In this document: in pieces, positions 56,101-62,100 of the stretch | How the letters are laid out: each line of letters starts with the position of its first letter | Position numbering within the stretch: the stretch's first letter is position 1 | Origin: Candidatus Omnitrophota bacterium | GTDB taxonomy: Bacteria; Omnitrophota; Gorgyraeia; Duberdicusellales; 4484-171 | Direction of reading: 5' to 3' | Length of the DNA stretch: 64,000 nucleotides | Assembly (NCBI GenBank): GCA_043823745.1 | Contig: JBDRAN010000035.1 | Coordinates: 13,795-77,794 of the forward strand | Translations under genes and position numbers: made by a program | The notes under the pieces: generated by a model | The model's input: the letters and a program-made list of their open reading frames with translations, nothing else | Databases searched by the model: none | What the model was told of the DNA's origin: nothing

Positions 56101-59100
56101 ATACGGTAGCCTTTAAAATACATGGTCATTCCCTCTTGCTTAAAACAACCGGTATTGCTACGGGTCCTTGAGCCTTTATCCGTTTTAACCGGAATATCTA
56201 CCTCAACTACTTTGGCCGCATGAAACAATTTATTAAGAATCTTTCTGTCAAGCTTTATTCTTTGAGCAATGGCAAACAGATGTCGGGAGACATTTCTAAA
56301 ATAAGCATCGTCTAAATCGTCTTTGTCCCGCCGGCTCAACCTAAGGCCTGCTTTATGGGCTAAAGCAACAACCGCGGCTTTTTCCTCTGCCGGCGAACTG
56401 GCTGCCTTCCTGGAATGGAAAAAAACGGCGATTCCAGGCATAGTGCCTGCCCCATGAATATCCACGCCATCCAGAACCTGCATATTTTCCTTCATCAATC
56501 TGCCTTGAACGGGATTAATGAATCCCATTCTTTTTTCCCCATTATCTATAGTAGCTACGGCAATGCCCAAGTGTAAATGCGGCTGCACGTCGCTGGAATT
56601 ATGGAAGGCTATATGCCCCACGATAGTTTTACCGGCCTTTACCTCATCGCCCACTCGTAAATTTCCCGGAGCAATATGCCCATAAAATATATCCGCCTTC
56701 TGCTGATAATCAACTACCACTTGCTCATTGCCAACATAAACAACACTGCCGTCGCAAACCGCTCTCACGGGCGTACCTACAGGAATCTTTTTTGCGGTAT
56801 AACGCCGGCTGCCCTTGCTATCAACCATGTAATATACCCAATCCAATCCGGTATGTGGCTGAACCCGGGAGGCAAAACCATGAAGATAATCCCAGGTCTG
56901 CGTGTGTCCGAAGAGGCTTCCCTGAGGAAAAAACCATCCTATGCAGTCATCAGGCACATCCACCCTGTCAAATGGAGAATGAATAATTATATCCCCGGGA
57001 GAACTGATCACCGAGGAAGAACCTCCACCTGATTCCCCTATCTTTATCGCTCTTTTATACAAATGACGACTACCCCGGCCTTTCAATCCCAACACACGGG
57101 TAGGAGTACTCGTTCCCGACCGGTTCCACGCTTGGGTAGTCTGCAACCCCAATTCATAATCCGGGCTGATCCAAACCCTGTTACCTGAGGCAGCGTCGAT
57201 CTGCAAGCTCCTGCAAGAGATATTTCCTCCTGTACAATAATCACAGCGTACTCCTTCATTCTGAAGAGAGGAACTTACGTTTCGAGGCATATTCTTATAT
57301 GCCTTATAATACTGAATACCGACGCGGACATCGTCCTGGCACAGTTCTACGTCAAATTTTAATTTATCCCTGAAAAATTCACCGTACCCTTGAGTATCGG
57401 AACATAACCAATACGTAACAAGCTGCTCTACGCCTATATTTTCTAAATATCTGACAAGAACGGAATACCAGGCTGTCCCGGTTTTGACTTCTTTATTGCC
57501 GCGGACGCTTTTATCTAACGCTAACCTGAAATAAGCGCTCTTTTTGTAAACACAGATAGAAAGATACGCGAGCTCATTCTGTTTGTAACGCAAACTAAAC
57601 GTAAGATAGTCATCTATAAATTCATCTAAACCAAACCACATTGCCTGCCAGTCTTCCAGTTCTAACCGGTGCCCCGGAGAAACCACAACGGTGAGTTTAT
57701 TTTCCGATTCGGGAAGACGTTTTGTTATTTCATCAACGGGGAATAACAACGCAGGGTTTTGTTTTATCTTCTCAAGAGACTCCGCGGAAAATCTATATAC
57801 ATGCTTGCTGGACACTGACGAGCTGGCTGGAGGTGAACGCCCCGGCCTGCTTTTCCAAGACAATAAATCAATCATATCGTTGGTGTCCTGAACAAAAATT
57901 ACCTTTACCGGCGAACTAGTACACTCTGCGTCTAAACTTGAAACCTGATTAATTCCGTTTATAAAATCATCCGTGCTCATCCAGTAATAGAGTTTTATCC
58001 TTACATATTTATTTTCAGTATTTTCCTGTCCCTTCCGCGTTCCGTTCAGATACACCGCCACTTCATAATCCCTAAACCCTCTTCTCAAAGCATCCTCTTG
58101 CTCTAATGTCCGGCCTTCCCCGCTCTTAACCAAAGCAATAACATCATTGATGGGGTATTTATCTCCGGAGGGAAAATGGAATACCTTATCGGCAATAATG
58201 TGATATGAAACACTTGTGTGGTCTCTCTTCTGCCAGTCGAGGATCGAGTGAAACGCGCGGCGCAGGCAAAATCCCGCATCATAATAACTACCGCAGAAAA
58301 CCACATTGCAATCCCTCTCTTTAGAACGCACCGGCCAACGGATAAATGCGCTCCTCTCGATTTCCCCGGCCGCGGAAGGAATAGCGACAGGCTTTAGTTT
58401 CTCTGCCTGTTCGAAATCTAAGGGATACATTAAAATGAGCTTCTGTCCGAAGATAACGCCTCTTTTCTCTAAAGCATTAAGAAGCCAATCATAATCCCGG
58501 TGTTGATGAGCCTCAACGCCCACCGTGAATCGTGAGTCAAGAACCACTCTACTCTCACCGGAGGCGGCAAGCTTACGTGTCACTGACGAACTGACTCCAG
58601 ACGCATCATGTGCGCCCTGCTGAGCCATGAACTTATCGAAATATGCTGCTAGCGTTTCGTGCGTCCGGGCTGCTGGAATATCGGTATCCCGAAAACCTGC
58701 GGAGCTTGCGACAGCGTACAACGGCTCTCGGGCATATTCAGGCTCGCGCCAGAAATAATCTGAAGTTACCGAGGGTTCGGCTTGGCGCCAGGCAATGAGG
58801 AGCGCCCCTCCCTGGAATTGCGAGAATGGATAGCCGACAGGAATTTTTTTACGTGCAACTACGGTAAATCCTTTGTTCTTGAGCTCGCGTTTTATTTCTT
58901 TATCTTTTCCGTTTGCAATGTCTTTTGGTTTGACAGAAACAAGCAGTAAGCCTTCATGCGCGAGAACGTTCACAGCTTGCATAAGCACTTCTGTGTCAAC
59001 CGCGCCATGAAGAATGATGATATCGCATGATGCCGGAAGATGTTTATTTTTCCCTGATACCCACCTAAGCATAATGCTCCTTGTTTCTTCACCGACCTCA

Positions 59101-62100
59101 AAAGTTTGCGGTATGTTTTCCAGTGCGCGCCTCAATTGCCTGCGGAAGAGTGTATGTGTAGTACCTAAATCAGTTATCGTAATTTCTCCATAAGGCAGGC
59201 GACTTATTACTATCTCTTGAATGCTTTTCGCACCGGCAACGGTATCTAAGAAAGTTTTCTCTTTCCTGACAGAAGAAGAGCTGGTGACCGACCGTATCTG
59301 CTCAGCAGGATCCGGCGTGTTCGCATCGACTCTGGATACACGGCCATGGCTAACGAGTTGCCTTTTGCTTTGATCCGTTGGAGATTGAATCCAGTATTCT
59401 GTCGGACGGCCGGTTTCATAATCAGGCGACTCGATTTCCTTTCGAATCTTGTGATCAACAGAAATCCACTTACTGCGAGCATAGCGGTCCTTAATCCGCC
59501 CCAAGAAAAGCACTTTTGCTTTTATTAGAACCGCGGCTGCCGGCGCTTCGGGCGGCATTCGCCAGTTAAGCCCTTCAACAACGAAAGAATTTCCTCCCCT
59601 TACCCATACCTGTGTGATCCTCTCTGATTCCTTAAGCGGCCGGAATAAATAATATGATTTATTCTTACTCACACCCGCTCTTACATAATAGACATGCTGT
59701 TTCTTGCTGGCGCACCAGAAACTTAAAAAGTCAGGGGGGCTCCTTCCAAGAACCTCGGCAGGAACCATTCTTGCACCTTCTTCCGTTACGTGCCTGCCTA
59801 TTATACTAACTTTCTTTTTTAAGATCTGGGTTAACTGTCGAGGGTTACAAATGCAAGCAGGATAAAAGTCGGCGTCTCTTGTCACTTGCGTTGTAAAATC
59901 TCTTCTCACCGCGACATGAGCGCTATGAACGTTGAAATTAATTTTCGCATTCTGAATGCTGAGTTCCCGCAACGGGCTCAGGCCTTGCCACTCAGTTGTC
60001 CCGATTCCCACTGCTGATAACCACTTCGTCAACTGCAGTTCAAACTCTCGAAACAACTTAAAATCACGCAGGTTCACGGTAACTAAACCGCTTTTAGTCG
60101 GTGCTCTCTTTGAGGAAACCACCGCCCCTGTCCTCATAAACACATTTTTTCCTTCTTTGTGGTCTCTGGCAATGACCACGTAGAGGCTTGAATTAAGCGC
60201 GTCTTGCCACACGCAATAGCGCGGTTTTTTCGAGCGGTCTGTATATACTTGCAGGAATGTATCAGACTTCACGCTTCTACTTCCCAGGGCCTCAGCACGA
60301 AGCTGCTGCTCATGAAAACGAACTACATTACCCTGGTGGGTATAGGGTTTTCTGTTCCCGGTAATCCAGGCGGCAACCCTGCTTTCCTTCTCAGCGGGCG
60401 TAAGCTCATCTCCATAAGCCCCCATCACCATATCTTCAAAGTGGTAAAATAATTTATTTTCAAATAACGATATGTTCTGTTTCTTCGCTATCCGCTGTGT
60501 TTGGGAAACACGCTCCGGGTCAGGTAAATATTCGGGTATGATCACAAAATGCTTCGGTTCCGTCTTTATGCGAATACGCTGGACGGGATTACTCTTATTT
60601 TCAAAAATAATTTCCCCTGGCCTGCTCTTAATATTTATTCCGCTCTCGATATATCGAGGGTACCTGCATACGCTGCCGGAATAGGGAAGGTTTATCTCTA
60701 CGTACCCTTGTTGATATCCTGGCGAGCTGGCGGTAGGATAGTTCGTAAGCTCATAAGCTGATAAGCTCGTAGACTTTCGAAACTGATAACGTTGTGACCT
60801 GGTCCCCTTCGGGGAGGCTTCACTTCGTTGCGCACTGCCCTGCTGGTTTTTTTGAGAAGGTGAGCTGACAACGTCTACTTCGGAATTATACGGACTGATT
60901 TTAAGGAGATATTTCGACTGAAGCGGCCCAAGCCGGCCATATCGAAATAACTGGATATAAAAAGGTAATTCAAGACTGATAAGGCCCTCAAGCTTTTGCC
61001 TGGTTTCTCTGCCAGAACACCCCTTCGCGCCAACACCCAGCCTAAAAGGCTCTTCGTTCACCCTAACGGCATGGATACGCCCATGCCGAAGGACCCAAAC
61101 ACTGACTAACGTTTCAAATTCAGGCCATGATTGAATTAGACGTACATCAGTAAGAGGTTTTTGCAGCGGGGAGCTGGCTCCGTCAGACTCAAGATTCAAA
61201 AGCGCCCGGTGGTGATCGATAAGCCACTGCATCTCATCGGCGCGCTCAGGATACCTCTTTTTTAAAGAATCGCGTAATTGCCTGTCCTGTTGCCGCGCCG
61301 CTTCGCGCGTGCTATCCGGCCCCCAGCGAGCGTATCGTTGAGAACGACCCGTATAGTGGCGGCAGTTTTCTTTCCCGGCACGTTTGCTTGCCCGCGCCTC
61401 CGGCATTACGCTCTGTTCTATTCTCGGATAATCCTGTTCTCGTCGTATAATATCAATTGCCTGCAACAGATTGCTTGCCTTGAAACTTTGCTTATATACT
61501 TCATCCAATAATTTTATTTTAGATAAAAGGGGTATTTTTCTATCCATAAAGCCTTCGAAACAGGCAAGCGCGAGAAAGAAAATATTCGCATACCACATCG
61601 TCAAGCCGTTATAAACAGGAGCATGAGCATGATAGTGGGCAATTTTTAATAGATATGTTACAAGAGGCTTTCCGCCTTCAGAGCGATGAATGATGTCAAT
61701 AACGATGGGCTTATTTTTTCTGCTCTCAAATACAGCCTCGATGTCTTTGATGGCTGCCTGAGCCTGACCGTTCATGCCCGCGGCGGTAGCGTTAATAATA
61801 ATATCGGCCTCTTTGAGCCGGCTTAACAATAGGGGGCTATCCCGGGCATCCTCTGTCTCGATCAATTCCAAATCCGGTGCAGCCTGCTGCGGCCTATTGC
61901 CCGGAACAATCGATGCAATGCTCCCCGTAAGGTGCGATGCACAGCATAATTCTTTAAAAATAGTTTTGGCATTCTCAAATGAAGCGCTTCGATGGCTGAT
62001 GCTGATGCGTAGCGGTTTATGCATCTTCTCCTGCGCAAGAGCTTGGGCAATCGCCTGGCCAGCCCCCCCGAAACCCAACACCACTACTTTTTTACCGCGC

